A stretch of DNA of 64,000 bases from Eledone cirrhosa (GCA_964016885.1 OZ024743.1:288982001-289046000); one strand, 5' to 3'; positions 12,136-25,426 are shown, counted from the first letter of the stretch. Numbers and translations are program-made. Notes: generated by a model from the sequence alone, not told the origin.

Positions 12136-12623
12136 ATATGCGTGTTTATATAAATGAAATTAAATATTTACACTAACATATCGTGTTTTCCTTCATATTT
12201 TATTTATATATTGAATTTTAATTTCTATTTTATTTTTATTATTACTATTTATTTTCGTTTCTGTTATTGTTATACTTAGTATTTTTTGTTGAATTTTATT
12301 TCCCGTCACTTGATGTAAACCTCATCTTGTATTGTTTTGCCGTCCTTATATTGTCACCAATATCGTTCGCTCTTGTGCCCAATAAATATGATAGTAGTAG
12401 TAATAGCAGTAGTAGTAATAATAATATTTTTGTTGTAATGCTGAAACATATATCCTTCAAGTAAAACGTCAAACTGTTTCGCTTGTAAAATTCAACAGGC
12501 TTCAAAAGACTAAAGTAAGCCTTTAGGTATAGCATTTCACAAGTATATTCATTTTATTTTTAAAATATTTGTAAACCACACACACACACAAACACACACA
12601 CACATACACACACACACACACAT

Positions 12624-12670
<47 letters not shown>

Positions 12671-12717
12671 TATATCATAAATATAATATATATATTATAT
12701 ATGTATTATATCAATAA

Positions 12718-12905
12718 GGGTGGTGGATTGGCAGTGTCGGTAGAGGGTCGGACGCCATGCTTTCTAGCATAGTTACGTCCCTTTGCAGTCTGAATTCAAA
12801 TCCCGCCGAGGTTAACTTTGCCTTTCATCTTTACGGGGTCGATAAAATAAAGTACCAGTAATGTACTGGTTAATTGCTGGCCTTGTGCCAAAAGTAGAAA
12901 TCATT
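12718..12905 (+). mobile_element. tRNA-derived SINE family A, full-length copy
   Basis: Close match to 9695-9876 including A and B boxes and 3' end GCCTTGTGCCAAAAGTAGAAATCATTA. Confidence 0.88.
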
Positions 12906-12934
12906 ATATTAAATATGTATTTATATTACATATG

Positions 12935-12967
<33 letters not shown>

Positions 12968-12970
<3 letters not shown>

Positions 12971-13595
12971 TGTATTTTGCTATACACTGTATGCTTAATT
13001 AAAAGCATTTCGAAGACCTTACAGTAAACAGGGGGAGATAAAGCTAACAGAGTTCTGTTTCGTACATTTTGGTACCTAACAAAGCCAACTACTCCACCTG
13101 TTTGCTGAAAATCATGGATGTTTGATTCTTATAAAATTCTAGTAATAATCAGGAACTGATTATACAGAGCGGTTGCCGGTCAAGCAGAAATTGAAAATTA
13201 GAATCGGTGCTCTGAAATAGCGATATATATATATTAATGTATATATAGTGTATTTTGCAATACTTTTGCTTAATTAAAAGCATTTCGAAGACCTGCTTGA
13301 CCGGCAACCGCTCTGTATAATCAGTTCCTGATTATTTCTAGAATTCTATAAGAATCAAACATTCATGATTGTTGGCAAACAGGTGGAGTACTTAGCTTTG
13401 ATAAGTACCAAAAAGTACGAAACAGAGCTCTGTCAGCTTTATCACCCCTTGTTTGCTGAAAATTTAAAGTAAGTGAGACTGTCACTACTCTAAAACAATA
13501 GCGTAAGGTCTTCAAAATACTTTTAATTAAGCATACAGTGTATTGCAAAATACACTATATATTCATATATATATATCGCTATTTCAGAGCACCAA

Positions 13596-13601
<6 letters not shown>
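12968..13601. mobile_element. Non-coding hammerhead-bearing element (retrozyme/PLE-pLTR-like; ~320-nt unit) arranged as ~1.2 minus-strand units plus one inverted plus-strand unit
   Basis: AGTGTATTTTGC recurs at 12969 and 13247 (tandem); 13294-13556 is the reverse complement of the 12969-13186 region; bounded by (TA)n; same family at 33853-34298. Confidence 0.8.
13394..13438 (+). ncRNA. Type I hammerhead ribozyme, variant core UUGAUAA (U3-A8)
   Basis: Stem I AGCU/AGCU; core UUGAUAA; stem II GUAC-CAAAAA-GUAC; GAAA; stem III ACAG-AGCU-CUGU; cleavage triplet GUC (after 13434). Confidence 0.8.
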
Positions 13602-13675
<74 letters not shown>

Positions 13676-13677
<2 letters not shown>

Positions 13678-13882
13678 AAAGGTAAACAGAAATAACAACA
13701 CAATCGCTACAGTATATGGAACAGAAATAACAACACAATTGGTACAGTATATGGAAGGGATATATTAGGTTAACGCTTGATATAGCAATAAGGGGGTCTT
13801 AACGTTTCGGACGCTAGTCCTTCATCAGAAGAAAGAATGAGAAATAAGATAGATTGAGGGGGCGGGTGAGTTGGAATTGAAA
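13676..13882 (-). mobile_element. PLE pseudo-LTR remnant with hammerhead; same family as 24433-24601 (+)
   Basis: Reverse-complement match to 24433-24601; internal duplication of AACAGAAATAACAACACAAT...TACAGTATATGGA; flanked by (TA)n. Confidence 0.8.
13797..13832 (-). ncRNA. Minimal type I hammerhead ribozyme (dimer-type, palindromic stem III)
   Basis: Minus strand: UCUU-CUGAUGA-A-GGAC-UAGC-GUCC-GAAAC-GUU-AAGA; stem I UCUU/AAGA, stem III ACGU palindrome. Confidence 0.82.
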
Positions 13883-13922
13883 TATATATATTATACATTA
13901 TATATTATATATACATTATATT

Positions 13923-14102
13923 ATTGGCAGTATCGGTAGAGGGTCGGACGCCATGCTTTCCAGCATAGTTACGTCCCTTTACGATCTGAGTTCAAATCCC
14001 GCCGAGGTTGACTTTGCCTTTCATCCTTACGGGGTCGATAAAATAAAGTACCAGTAATGCACTGGGTAATTGCTGGCCTTGTGCCTAAAGTAGAAACAAT
14101 TA
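13923..14102 (+). mobile_element. tRNA-derived SINE family A copy
   Basis: Nearly identical to 9701-9880. Confidence 0.9.
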
Positions 14103-16239
14103 TATTAAATATTAAATTATATTATGTACATATATTAAATATATTAGATATTATATATATTATATTATATATATATATATATGCTGTCACTAACACACAA
14201 TCTCAAATGAGTCCCCTTCAACAGTCAAAACCAGCCAAGACACTAGCCTTCACATTTTTACTCAATACACAAGGTATCAGTCCATCCATTAATGCACAGA
14301 AATGGAAGATCCAATTCATTGAGGATTGGGTTGGTAACCATCCATTTCACATCTCTTTCTTCATTCTTACTGAGACCCACCTTGACAACTCCCACTTGGA
14401 GGCCGAAGTAAGAGTGAGGAATTTCACAACCATCCGTGCGGATCGTGTTGGCAGAAGGAAGGGTGGAACTACCATTTTCCTGCATGATTCCTTTATGGCA
14501 GATAGTAACACAACATTTTCCAATGGCTACTGTGAATCAGTCACTGTGCACAATAAAGCCAATGACCTGACATTAGTTGGCTCTATAGGCCACCACAAAC
14601 GCCCATAATCTTCTTCAAAGAATGCCTCAACAGTATTAAATGCTTTATTAAACAGTGCCATTCTAGCAACATACTTTCGATGGGAGACTTTAATCTACAC
14701 TGTGTCGATTGGTCTACATGTAGTTTGAAACCAGGCACCACAACCTCAACCACTGACAAAGAAGCTGTCGAGTCACTTCATGACTTCATGAATGAGTTTT
14801 CTTTGTCCCAACTTGTCCTTGCGCCAACGAGACATCAGAAGAACATTCTGGATCTAGTGTTTAGTAACCACACTAACATTATCCATAATATTACAGTGGA
14901 AAAAACACTTCTCTCAGACCATGACATAGTTCTTTGTAACCTGAGATTCCACCAGCCGAAAGCTAATCCCAGGGTCCTCTTTCAAGCCCACCCATTTTAT
15001 AACATGGATCTCTACAATGCCAACTGGGATAAAATTATGAACGAACTATCACATGTCGACTGGTCTTTTACACACACACACACTTCCACCAACATCAAAA
15101 CATCTTGGCAGATCTTTATAGACACTGTCACAAATATATGTACAAAACACACACCCACCAAAACCTGTGAACAAAACCAAGTGCAGTATCCCCCAAAACA
15201 GAAAAAACTATTATCAGAAAAATAAAAAGAACAAACAAAAAAATTAACACACTAAAATACTGCCAACAGCAACACACACATTCGATGGCTATCGCCCTGC
15301 TTGAGTCAAAATAATATAACATCCAGCAATGCATGATGACCATCATCAATAATCAGAGAATACCTGAAGACAAAGTGTTCTTTTCATTTGTTAAAAAACA
15401 CAAGGTTACGGTCTCCAATGTTGGCCCTCTAGTTGATGAAAATGGCACACTCCAAGACAATGCCAAAACCATGGGCGAGATATTGCAGAAACAATACTGC
15501 TCTGTTTTCAGCAATCCTGATATGGCCGATCTGGGCTGTATCAGTGATGTTAATCCCGAACACACTATACCAGACATAAGGTTTGGCGCCCCTAATGTCT
15601 TAGCAGCAATAAAGGAATTAAACACAATTGAGCAGTAGGCCTCGACAGGTTCCGTGCTTGTGTCCTGAAGGAGTGTCGACACCAACTTGCATCTCCTCTT
15701 GCTAATCTGTGGAGGAACTCACTGGACACTGGCTATATTCCTGAAAACTTTCTGTCCCAGTCCGTTGTCCCAGTCTTCAAAATGGGAAATAAGCCCCTTG
15801 CAGTGAACTATCGTCCGATCTCACTCACCTCTCATATTGTCAAGGTATTGGAGAGGGTGGTGAGATTACGAATAACCTACTTTCTTGAAAGCAACGGCCT
15901 GCTGAACTCCAACCAACATGGGTTCCGTAATGGAAGGGACTGCCTAACGCAGCTCCTGCATCACTTTGACGATGTTTTGAGAGCCTTGGGAGAGAGCTCC
16001 AACACTGATGTCATCTACCTTGATTTCAGCAAGGCCTTTGACAGGGTTGATCATAAGATTCTACTGAAAAGACTATCCAATGTTGGTGTTTCTGGAAGGT
16101 TACTACAGTGGATCAAATGTTTCCTGACAGGCAGAACCAAGCATGTTGTAGTCGAAGGAGTCAAATCAAGCCCTGCCAAAGTCAGCAGTGGCGTCCCACA
16201 AGGCACTGTGTTGGGCCCACTTCTTTTCATCATCTACAT

Positions 16240-18506
16240 CAGGGGTCACCAAACTACGGCTCGCGGGCCGGATCAGGCCCACGACGTCAGTTCATCAGGC
16301 CCGCCGACGGTACTTGCATTTGCGTGATAAAACGAATGGAACACGAGATGTTTCTAATTCAATGTCTTTTTCATTTTCAGATCCCGTTTTCTTCACCCTT
16401 TAATATAGCTACTAAGAAAAGAAAGGTGGACGCCGAGTGTCGGGTTTTCAATGAAGGATGGTGAGTAAAGTACTTCTTTGTGGAAACAAAGGACCAGGAA
16501 GCTAGTTGCGTGGTATGCAGCGAAAGTGTTACCATTTTGAAAGAGTACAATCTCCGGCGTCACTATGAAACAAAGCATCTATCAACATATTCAAAATTTT
16601 CTGGAAAGTTACGCTCTGAGAAATATGAGTCCATGAAACGTGGTTTAGAAACTCAAAGAAATCTCTTCACGAGAAAGTTTGCTGAAAATGAATCTGTCAC
16701 TCGTACAAGTTACAAAATAGTGCATAAGTTGGCAGAGCGAGGAAAACCGTTTACTGATGGCAACTTCATCAAAGAGTGTATGATGGAAGCAGCAAATGAC
16801 TTGTGCCCCGAGAAAGCCGATTTGTTTGGAAGTATCAGCCTTTCGTCAAGTTCAGTTGTGCGGAGAACAGAAGAACTTGGAGAGTGCTACAGATACGCGA
16901 GAAAGCTAGGAACTTGTGGTATTCTCTGGCGCTGGATGAGTCTACTGATCTCTCGAGTACGTCACAACTTCTCGTGTTCATTCGTGGTGTCAATTTGGAC
17001 TTTCAGATAATGGAAGTGTTGGCATCCGTTTGCTGCATGCATGGAACAACAACTGGAAAATACATTTTCATGGAAGTGCAGAAAACTTTGCAAGACTATA
17101 ACCATCAGTGGAATCAGCTTCGAGGTGTTACAGTTGATGGAGGAAAAAGCATGGCTGGAGTGAGGAAGGGTCTGGTCAGGCAGATCAGGATTCAGTTGGA
17201 AGATTTGCAAATTCCCAGCGCTGTGTTCATACACTGCATCATACATCAGCAAGCACTCTGTGGGAAAGACTTGGATATTCCTTGTGTACTGAAACCAGTC
17301 GTTTCTGATGTGAACTTCATTCGGTCACATGCACTCAATCACCGTCAGTTCAAGGTTTTTCTTGAAGAAATTGATTGTGATTTCTGTGACTTGCCTTATC
17401 ACACAGCAGTGAGGTGGCTCAGCTGCAGTAAAGTCCTGTTTCGTTTTTACAAGCTCCGAAACGAAATAGATGTTTTTCTCACTGACAAAGATAGAGCTGA
17501 TCCACAGCTGTAGATCCTGCCTGGCTGTCAAAGTTGTCATTTTTGGTTGATATCACATCCCACATGAATGAACTGAACTTGAAATTTCATGGAAAGGATA
17601 ACCTCGTCTATGATCTCTACAGAATCATCAAAGGATTTCGGAGAAAGTTGTCATTGTTTGAAGTACAACTGGAAGGAGAAAACTTCTCTCATTTTCACTG
17701 TTTCAAAGAGTTTTGCGCTACAATTGCTGAAGATGTCAACTTCGATTTTCCTAAAAAGATTATGCGTGACTTGAAGAAACATTTTTTTGGAGAGATTTTC
17801 AGATCTCGACAGAATTGAGAGTGACATTCTTCTGTTCCAGAATCCGTTTAATTGTAAGCTTGATAATGTGCCAGTTGGACTACGGTTGGAGCTCATTGAT
17901 TTGCAAGCAGATGACTTGTTGAAAGAGAAGCACAGAGAAGGAAAAGTTGTTGAATTTTACCGCTTTTTACCTGATGTTGAGTTTCCGAAATTGAAGAAAT
18001 TTTCCGCTGGTATGGCATCATTTTTTAAAACAACTTATGTCTGTGAGCAAACATTTTCAAAAATGAAGTACGTGAAGTCAACACGTAGAATGAGATTGTC
18101 TGATGAACATTTGAAAGCAATTCTCTTGATTGGATGCAGCAATTCCAAACCAAACATTGATGATGTCTTGAAAGCCAAACGTCAGTTTCGCAAATCTCAC
18201 TAACCCTTTTTGCTGGTTAGTTTGTAAGATTCGGATATGTGCACACTAGGTCTGATGCAACTATATTTTTGCTAACGTTGCCTTCTTTGATAACTTTTTA
18301 GTAAATAAATATGTTGGTTGTCTTTGTTTTTTGTGCATTGCACGCCACTCACCCATTATTAACATGGAATGCTAAACGTAGTGTTTCGTCTTTTTTCCCA
18401 GAGCTTTCCATCTGGCTTGCAAGTATTGAACAGAATGATTATGCGGCCCGCGCTCGTCATTCTTTCAGCTATCCGGCCCAATGTGAAAAAGGTTTGGTGA
18501 CCCCTG
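16240..18506 (+). mobile_element. Complete hAT DNA transposon, Buster/Charlie group (SPIN/GTF2IRD2-like transposase)
   Basis: Perfect 15-bp TIRs CAGGGGTCACCAAAC (16240-16254) / GTTTGGTGACCCCTG (18492-18506); 8-bp TSD ATCTACAT (16232-16239, 18507-18514) with central TA; subterminal GGCCCG/CGGGCC motifs. Confidence 0.96.
16405..18203 (+). pseudogene. Disrupted hAT transposase (BED finger, DDE core, C-terminal dimerisation domain)
   Basis: (ATA)ATKKRKVDAECRVFNEGW*, CVVC...NLRRHYETKH, SLALDESTD, TVDGGKSM, HCIIHQQAL, VRWLS, TTYVCEQTFSKMK...RLSDEHL; in-frame stops and frameshifts; probable ATG>ATA start. Confidence 0.92.
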
Positions 18507-19527
18507 ATCTACATTAATTACATTACTGACATCATCAAGCACAGCAACATAAGAATCTTCGCAGATGATTCCAAGCTCTAAAGGGTCATCATTGAGGTGG
18601 GTGACCGGACTTGCCTTCAGTCAGCTCTACTGGCTGTTATCCAATGGGCAGAAAAGAATAATATGCTGTTGAATGAGGATAAGTTTGAATTAATCCACTT
18701 TAGAAAAAAGAATCCCCTGAAACTATCATACTCTCTTCCTTCGGGTGAAACTCTAGTCGCATCCAACAACATCAGAGACCTGGAGTAATTGTGGACAACA
18801 ACATAAGCTGGGCCACTCATATAAACAGCAAAGTTGATATGGCCCGCAGAATGTGTTCCTGGATTCTCAGAACCTCCAGTCGAGAGATATCCACACTGTT
18901 ATCCTTCTCTTCTCCACTTTTTCCCGACCCCACCTTGAATACTGTTGTCCACTGTGGTCACCCCACACGAAACAAAGTATCATGAAAGTTGAAGCACCCC
19001 AAAGGTCAATTACAAAAAAGATAGATGGCATGACAGGCCTTGACTATTGGAGTCAATTAGAAAAGCTCAACCTTTATTCTCTCCAACGTCGCCGTGAGCG
19101 CTACATTATCTACATGATGTGGAAAATATTCCATTAGCTTTGCCTAAATGATGTTGGCATCACCTTTAATGTACACCCAAGGCTTGGGCCCCGTGATATC
19201 CGCACACGACAGAAATCTCACTCGCATCTCATAACAACAATACGGCACAATTATTTCAACTCAATTGGCCCTGCTCTCTTTAACATTACACCAAAACACA
19301 TCAAAGCAGAGACAGACCCCATTAAGTTCAAGAAGTCTTTGGATAAATTCCTTCAAGAAATCCCGGATAAACCTCCTACACCCGGATATGCCTCCGTAAA
19401 CAATAACTCTCTGCTCGAGTGGGCCACGGTGCCCAAACACTGATTTGTAAGACTTCGCCAGGTGGTGCTATTAAGTTAGACATGGCCTGGGCCAATACTG
19501 GCCGAAACCTATGAAAGTTATCAAAGT

Positions 19528-19592
<65 letters not shown>

Positions 19593-19640
19593 ATCTATAT
19601 ATATATATACATATATATGTATTATATTATATATATATTA

Positions 19641-19682
<42 letters not shown>

Positions 19683-19797
19683 CGTTAGTTAGCACCCCAA
19701 ACGTATAATTGTGATTATACTAAGGTATATCCTAATGTTTGTTGAGTGACACGGAAGCCGGTCGGAGTATTGCTTAAAGCTTTCTCTGTTAATGTAT

Positions 19798-19870
<73 letters not shown>

Positions 19871-19980
19871 CATATTATATATCATATATAAACATATTAC
19901 ATTATATAAGATATATATATTATACATACATTATCTATATACTACTAAAACACAGTGATTGTGTTTTTGTCTGTATAACA

Positions 19981-20022
19981 CTAGTTTCGCGTAAATCCCG
20001 ATATTCGGGATTTTTGCGCGTA
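19981..20022 (-). mobile_element. Possible Helitron 3' terminus (hairpin + CTAG|T)
   Basis: Hairpin CGCG..AAATCCCGA-TAT-TCGGGATTT..CGCG, followed on the minus strand by AAA-CTAG then T. Confidence 0.35.
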
Positions 20023-20092
20023 CCTACATAAACAGAGAGAGAAAGATAGAAAGAAAGAAATAGTGGTTGTGAGAAAGTTGATAGAAAGAGAG

Positions 20093-20142
<50 letters not shown>

Positions 20143-20144
<2 letters not shown>

Positions 20145-20265
20145 CGAAGGAAATGTGGTAAGGAACCAGGTGGACCATAACGCACCAAAGTACTCAATAC
20201 GGTAAGGAACCAGGTGGACCATAACGCACCAAAGTACTCAAGACGGCTAATTCTGGACTAAAAAT
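20143..20265 (-). mobile_element. PLE-type terminal remnant with a ~44-bp internal tandem duplication
   Basis: GGTAAGGAACCAGGTGGACCATAACGCACCAAAGTACTCAA occurs twice; matches 7481-7532. Confidence 0.65.
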
Positions 20266-20288
20266 TTTAGAAAGAGAGAGAGAGAGAT

Positions 20289-20327
<39 letters not shown>

Positions 20328-20663
20328 AAGAGAGTGGGAGAGAAGGAGACAGAGAAGGAAAATGCAAGAGAGAGGGGGAGAGAGAAAGATAGAGAGGTAG
20401 AGAGAGAGATGGTTGTTCTATTGAATGAAATTTTAACAGGTGACATCAAAGAATCGAATACAGCATTACTGTATCTGGTTCGGTGTATGTATGTGTATAC
20501 ATTTGTGTTTGTGTGTGTGTGTGACGAGTGTACAGGTCACACACACCCACATCTATACACACATACACATATATATATATACATATAATATTATATACAT
20601 ATATTATATATTATATATATATATACATATGTAATATTTATCATATTATACACACACACAACC

Positions 20664-20727
<64 letters not shown>

Positions 20728-20773
20728 ATATATATAGATATATTATATATTATATATTATATTATATAATATA

Positions 20774-20846
<73 letters not shown>

Positions 20847-20964
20847 ATATAGAAAGATTTGAATGGATACAGTTTAGTTGAAAGGAATTTATATATATAT
20901 ATATATTATATATATAATATATATAGATATATTATATATTATATATTATATTATATAATATATA

Positions 20965-21065
<101 letters not shown>

Positions 21066-21780
21066 ATATAGAAAGATTTGAATGGATACAGTTTAGTTGA
21101 AAGGAATTTATTGACACGTGTTTCTATAACAGTTACATAACCTGAAAACAGCTGCTATCTACAAAGTTTTAGTTATGCAGACATTCAATATTTCAATGTT
21201 ATTATTTACTGTCATTTCATCAGAATAATATTACTGAGGACCTATTTATTTTTTATAGAGAATATTAGGAGGGAGGGGTGAAGTTGTTAGAAGAATAGTT
21301 GAAGGAGTGGTTTTTCGATAGCAGTGAGAATTCTTGGTGGCAGTGAGTAATTAGATTCCCATCTGTTGTTTTGACATTTTTTATAGAATATATTATTGGT
21401 TATTTTTCTAAATCTATAGCAGGATTAGAGATAGTAAAGATATGCGTGGTTGGTTTTGTGTTTGCACTTAATTAACATTCAGACTTAAATTTTTCTTTCA
21501 AGTGTACGTATCCTTTCACTCACGCATTCACACACAAATATATTTGCACACCTCTACAAAATACATATACTCACAATTCACATATTCATACTTACATACA
21601 TATACACATGCATACACATATATATACACACATGTATTCATGTACATACATACGCGCTCATGTGTATACATTTTCATACTCAACTTATCTTTATATACAC
21701 ACGTATAGACACACACATATATACATACATACTCTAGTCCATGTGTACACACATACACATACATACACATCTATATACAC

Positions 21781-21814
<34 letters not shown>

Positions 21815-21815
<1 letters not shown>

Positions 21816-21998
21816 GTTTTAATATAGATGAGATTCTACAGGACTAGAACTGTTTCATTCATTAGAAATCATCAATGATTTCTAATGAATGAAACAGTTC
21901 TAGTCCTGTAGAATCTCATCTATATTAAAACTGTTATACTCTGCTATGTATTGAGTACCTTACTTACTGTGGTTACCTCCGATTCAACCCGGAATAAC

Positions 21999-22000
<2 letters not shown>
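21815..22000 (+). mobile_element. Fold-back PLE remnant: perfect 58-bp arms (21815-21872 / 21875-21932) plus 3' tail
   Basis: Perfect palindrome with a 2-nt loop; arms hold a hammerhead truncated inside the CUGAUGA core (TGATTTC...GAAACAG-TTCTAGTC-CTGTA); tail similar to 23490-23552. Confidence 0.8.
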
Positions 22001-22069
<69 letters not shown>

Positions 22070-22399
22070 AGCACTTTAATACATGAATACACTTACATCT
22101 AACTATACACATCAAACATATATATATATTTACTTATTTATATACATTTTCACATATATATACATACTTATGGACGTTTTTAGACACATTCATTATCGCA
22201 TATTTGCACCTATTCTCATCAGCATATCTTTTCATTATTAGTGTGGTAAGTTAAGGTTATTAATATATGTTGAGAAGAGATTGTTTTTATATTTTTCTAA
22301 CTAGATTAAGGTTTATATAGTTGGGGGATGTCCCTCTTTTATGTAATATTCGGCTTGTAGTGGGAAAAAAGGGTTTTAGTTCTGTGACGGCAGAATAAT

Positions 22400-22548
22400 G
22401 TTCGTTCAATTCTGTTATTCAGCAGTTTCTTCTTGTGTGTGATTATGTAATAAATCTCAAGATTACACAATTTGCAGAAATTTTGGCTCCTGGAAAAGCT
22501 TTGGGTTTTAGCTAATTTCTCCCATTTTAGGGTAAACTTTTGATCGCT
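22400..22548 (-). pseudogene. C-terminal GIY-YIG fragment of a Naiad-type PLE
   Basis: My translation: DQKFTLKWEKLAKTQSFSRSQNFCKLCNLEIYYII...LLNNRIE; homologous to YNISWRKV...CNLCLAEKFTII...INR in 54990-55550. Confidence 0.65.
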
Positions 22549-22592
22549 ATATAATATATATATATATATATATATATTTATTTTATAGAAGG

Positions 22593-22643
22593 AGCTTCTA
22601 CAGGACTAGTACTGTTTCATTCAGATGAAATCTTCAGGAAGCT
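22593..22643 (-). ncRNA. Type I hammerhead ribozyme
   Basis: Exact reverse complement of 23416-23466. Confidence 0.82.
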
Positions 22644-23041
22644 TGGTGTCATATTAAGTTCTGGTATTTATACATTTAGGTAGTGGTAAGGGAGGGGTGG
22701 TGGAGGGGGGGTATTTAGATACACAGGACCACTTCATGGCACAGGCCGTTTTTTCTTTGGGGAGTGGTCAATTAGCCAGAGTGCTTTTTGAAATAAATAA
22801 ATAAGTAAATAAATAAATAAATGAATAAATAGATAAAAGAATAAATAAATAAAATAAATAAAAAAATAAAAAAATAAATAAATAAAAACCCCAAGAATAG
22901 TAATTCAACAGATATATAGTAGGGAAATTTAGGTGGGTTGGTAATAGAAATTAAACATTTAACAAGACCAAATCAAGGCACAGACTGGGGTGAGTGGTCA
23001 AGTTAACATACAAGCCACAGGTGTGGGAATGTGTAGGTGTG

Positions 23042-23099
<58 letters not shown>

Positions 23100-23415
23100 T
23101 ATATATGTGTGTGTAAGTGTTTAAATATGTGTGTGTATATATATGTGTGTGTAAGTGTTTTTGTATGTGGTTGTGAGTATGTAAATATATTTTATTCTTT
23201 CCATCCTACAAAAACACCCTGGCCACCTGTGGCTTGTATGTTAACTTGACCACTCACCCCAGTCTGTGCCTTGATTCGGTCTTGTTAAATGTTTAATTTA
23301 AACGGCCTGTGCCATGAAGTGGTCCTGTGTATCTAAATACCCCCCCCCCCCCCCTCCACCACCCCTCCCTTACCACTACCTAAATGTATAAATACCAGAA
23401 CTTAATATGACACCC

Positions 23416-23466
23416 AGCTTCCTGAAGATTTCATCTGAATGAAACAGTACTAGTCCTGTAGAAGCT
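23416..23466 (+). ncRNA. Type I hammerhead ribozyme
   Basis: Stem I AGCUUC/GAAGCU; core CUGAAGA; stem II UUC-AUCU-GAA (U-U at its base); GAAA; stem III ACAG-UACUAGUC-CUGU; GUA cleavage after 23460. Confidence 0.82.
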
Positions 23467-23552
23467 CCTTCTATAAAATAAAAAAATTTTACTCTGCCAT
23501 GTATTGAGTACCTTACTTACTCTGGTTATCCCCGACTCAACCCGGGACCTAC

Positions 23553-23590
<38 letters not shown>

Positions 23591-23698
23591 TAAAATAACA
23601 GATTAAAGTTCACGCAAAGGATCGCTGCTTTCACCCTTAACGGGATCTTCTGAAGCAAAAAAAAAATCAATCTGGATTTTAGTCTTCAAATTTATTAT

Positions 23699-23935
23699 TG
23701 CGGGTCTTTATATATCGGACAAACGGGACGCAGTATGGCGGACCGAGGGACATACAACTCAGTTTGGATACTCCTGTCGCCCGTCATTTTTGTTCTCCTT
23801 GTCGTTCTTCCCTACATGTTCCAGTCCTGGGTGTCCTTTTACATAATGGTCAGGGGCCTCGCGCACCAGGACTGAACAAAATCTGATTCACCGTCTTGGG
23901 TCCTATTCCCCTCTTGGACTCAACTCACCTCCCCA
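23699..23935 (+). pseudogene. GIY-YIG endonuclease fragment of a Neptune/Penelope-type PLE
   Basis: CGSLYIGQTGRSMADR / RDIQLSLDTPVARHF / RTEQNLIHRLGSYSPLGLN, read across frameshifts. Confidence 0.75.
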
Positions 23936-24139
23936 ATTTCTCTAATACCTCGTCCATTATCACACCCCTTGATTCCTATCGCTTTCTCTTGATCATTAGC
24001 AGCTTCTCTTACTACTAATACATGCCGATACACACCCTTATATTAATATACTTTTGCTCATAGCTTCGTACTTACATGCACACACACTCTTTTACTCACA
24101 TATACGCACACCTTTCTTCTTAGCTTCGTACGGACCTAT

Positions 24140-24240
<101 letters not shown>

Positions 24241-24432
24241 CACTAACACATGCTTACGCACGTGCTCAAGTATAGCTCTTTTAATAAAACGTTTTTTTTC
24301 CATTTCAGGTAGACGCCTGCCATCATCCACTTTTCTAAAAAAGCAATCATACACAAAACGCCAGCACCAACAGTTTTGCAAGAGATGTCAACATGAATGA
24401 ACTTGTTATTTTTACCTAAAGACATTTTTTTC

Positions 24433-24738
<306 letters not shown>

Positions 24739-24748
24739 CACACACACT

Positions 24749-24801
<53 letters not shown>

Positions 24802-25027
24802 ATATATATACATATTAAACCATATACAGCGTGTTCACAAATTTTGAAAAAGGGTTAAGAAAATAATTTTATTTTTTGGCATATAAATAAGTAATTAGAA
24901 TTTTTATTAATATTACGATTCTTTGTTTCAGGGAGGAATTGAAAAATGATTACCTCACAAGAAAAAGCACAATGTGTTTATCGAAACAAAACGAAACACA
25001 ATCTGATATTCAAACACAGAGAAATAA

Positions 25028-25140
25028 CTGTTTCTACTTTAGGCACAAGGCCAGCAAATACCCAGTGCATTACTGGTACTTTATTTTATCGACCCTGTAA
25101 GGATGAAAGGCAAAGTCAACCTCGGCGGGATTTGAACTCA
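25028..25140 (-). mobile_element. tRNA-derived SINE family A, 5'-truncated
   Basis: Reverse complement from the B box (GATTTGAACTCA) to the 3' end (GTTTCTACTTTAGGCACAAGGCCAGCAA). Confidence 0.85.
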
Positions 25141-25205
25141 AACACAAAGAAATAACACAACTAAATATACACACCCTCGTTCCCTAGATATCATCTTTGC
25201 ACACG

Positions 25206-25287
<82 letters not shown>

Positions 25288-25426
25288 TAGAAAGTGAGGT
25301 TTTTTTACAAAATGAAGAATAACCGAGGTGTCCTACACCAGTGAAAGTATAAAGAAAAAAGGATGAAATCGAAAATACAACTGAGGTCTTATTTTAAAAA
25401 CATATATATATATATTTATTTGGTTC

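Larger units (their letters stand above)
14183..19530 (+). mobile_element. CR1-like LINE (APE endonuclease + RT ORF2), 5'-truncated, decayed, interrupted by a hAT transposon
   Basis: APE motifs LNTQGI, LTETHL, GDFNL, ILDLVFS, SDHDIV; RT motifs NYRPISLTS, QHGFR, YLDFSKAFDRVDH, GVPQGTVLGPLLFIIYI|NYITD...FADDSKL (rejoined across the hAT), RPHLEYCCPLWSP, LQRRRER; stop at 19441-19443; 3' end with AAAGTTAT repeated twice; (TA)n on both sides. Confidence 0.9.
22578..23552. mobile_element. Inverted pair of PLE pseudo-LTRs (22578-23021 minus; 23224-23552 plus), each with a complete hammerhead
   Basis: Arms are reverse complements (right arm lacks ~180 bp of A-rich sequence); a microsatellite-rich spacer lies between them; both outer ends abut (TA)n. 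Confidence 0.85.

Noticed and set aside
19489-19510. GGCCA-ATAC-TGGCC-GAAAC in the CR1-like 3' UTR as a hammerhead
   Set aside because: No CUGANGA or U3-A8 core and no stem I/III; better explained as the LINE 3' recognition stem-loop.
20157-20241. Repeated ~41-bp sequence as a CRISPR-like array
   Set aside because: Only two near-adjacent copies with no spacers, in eukaryotic repeat context; a simple tandem duplication.
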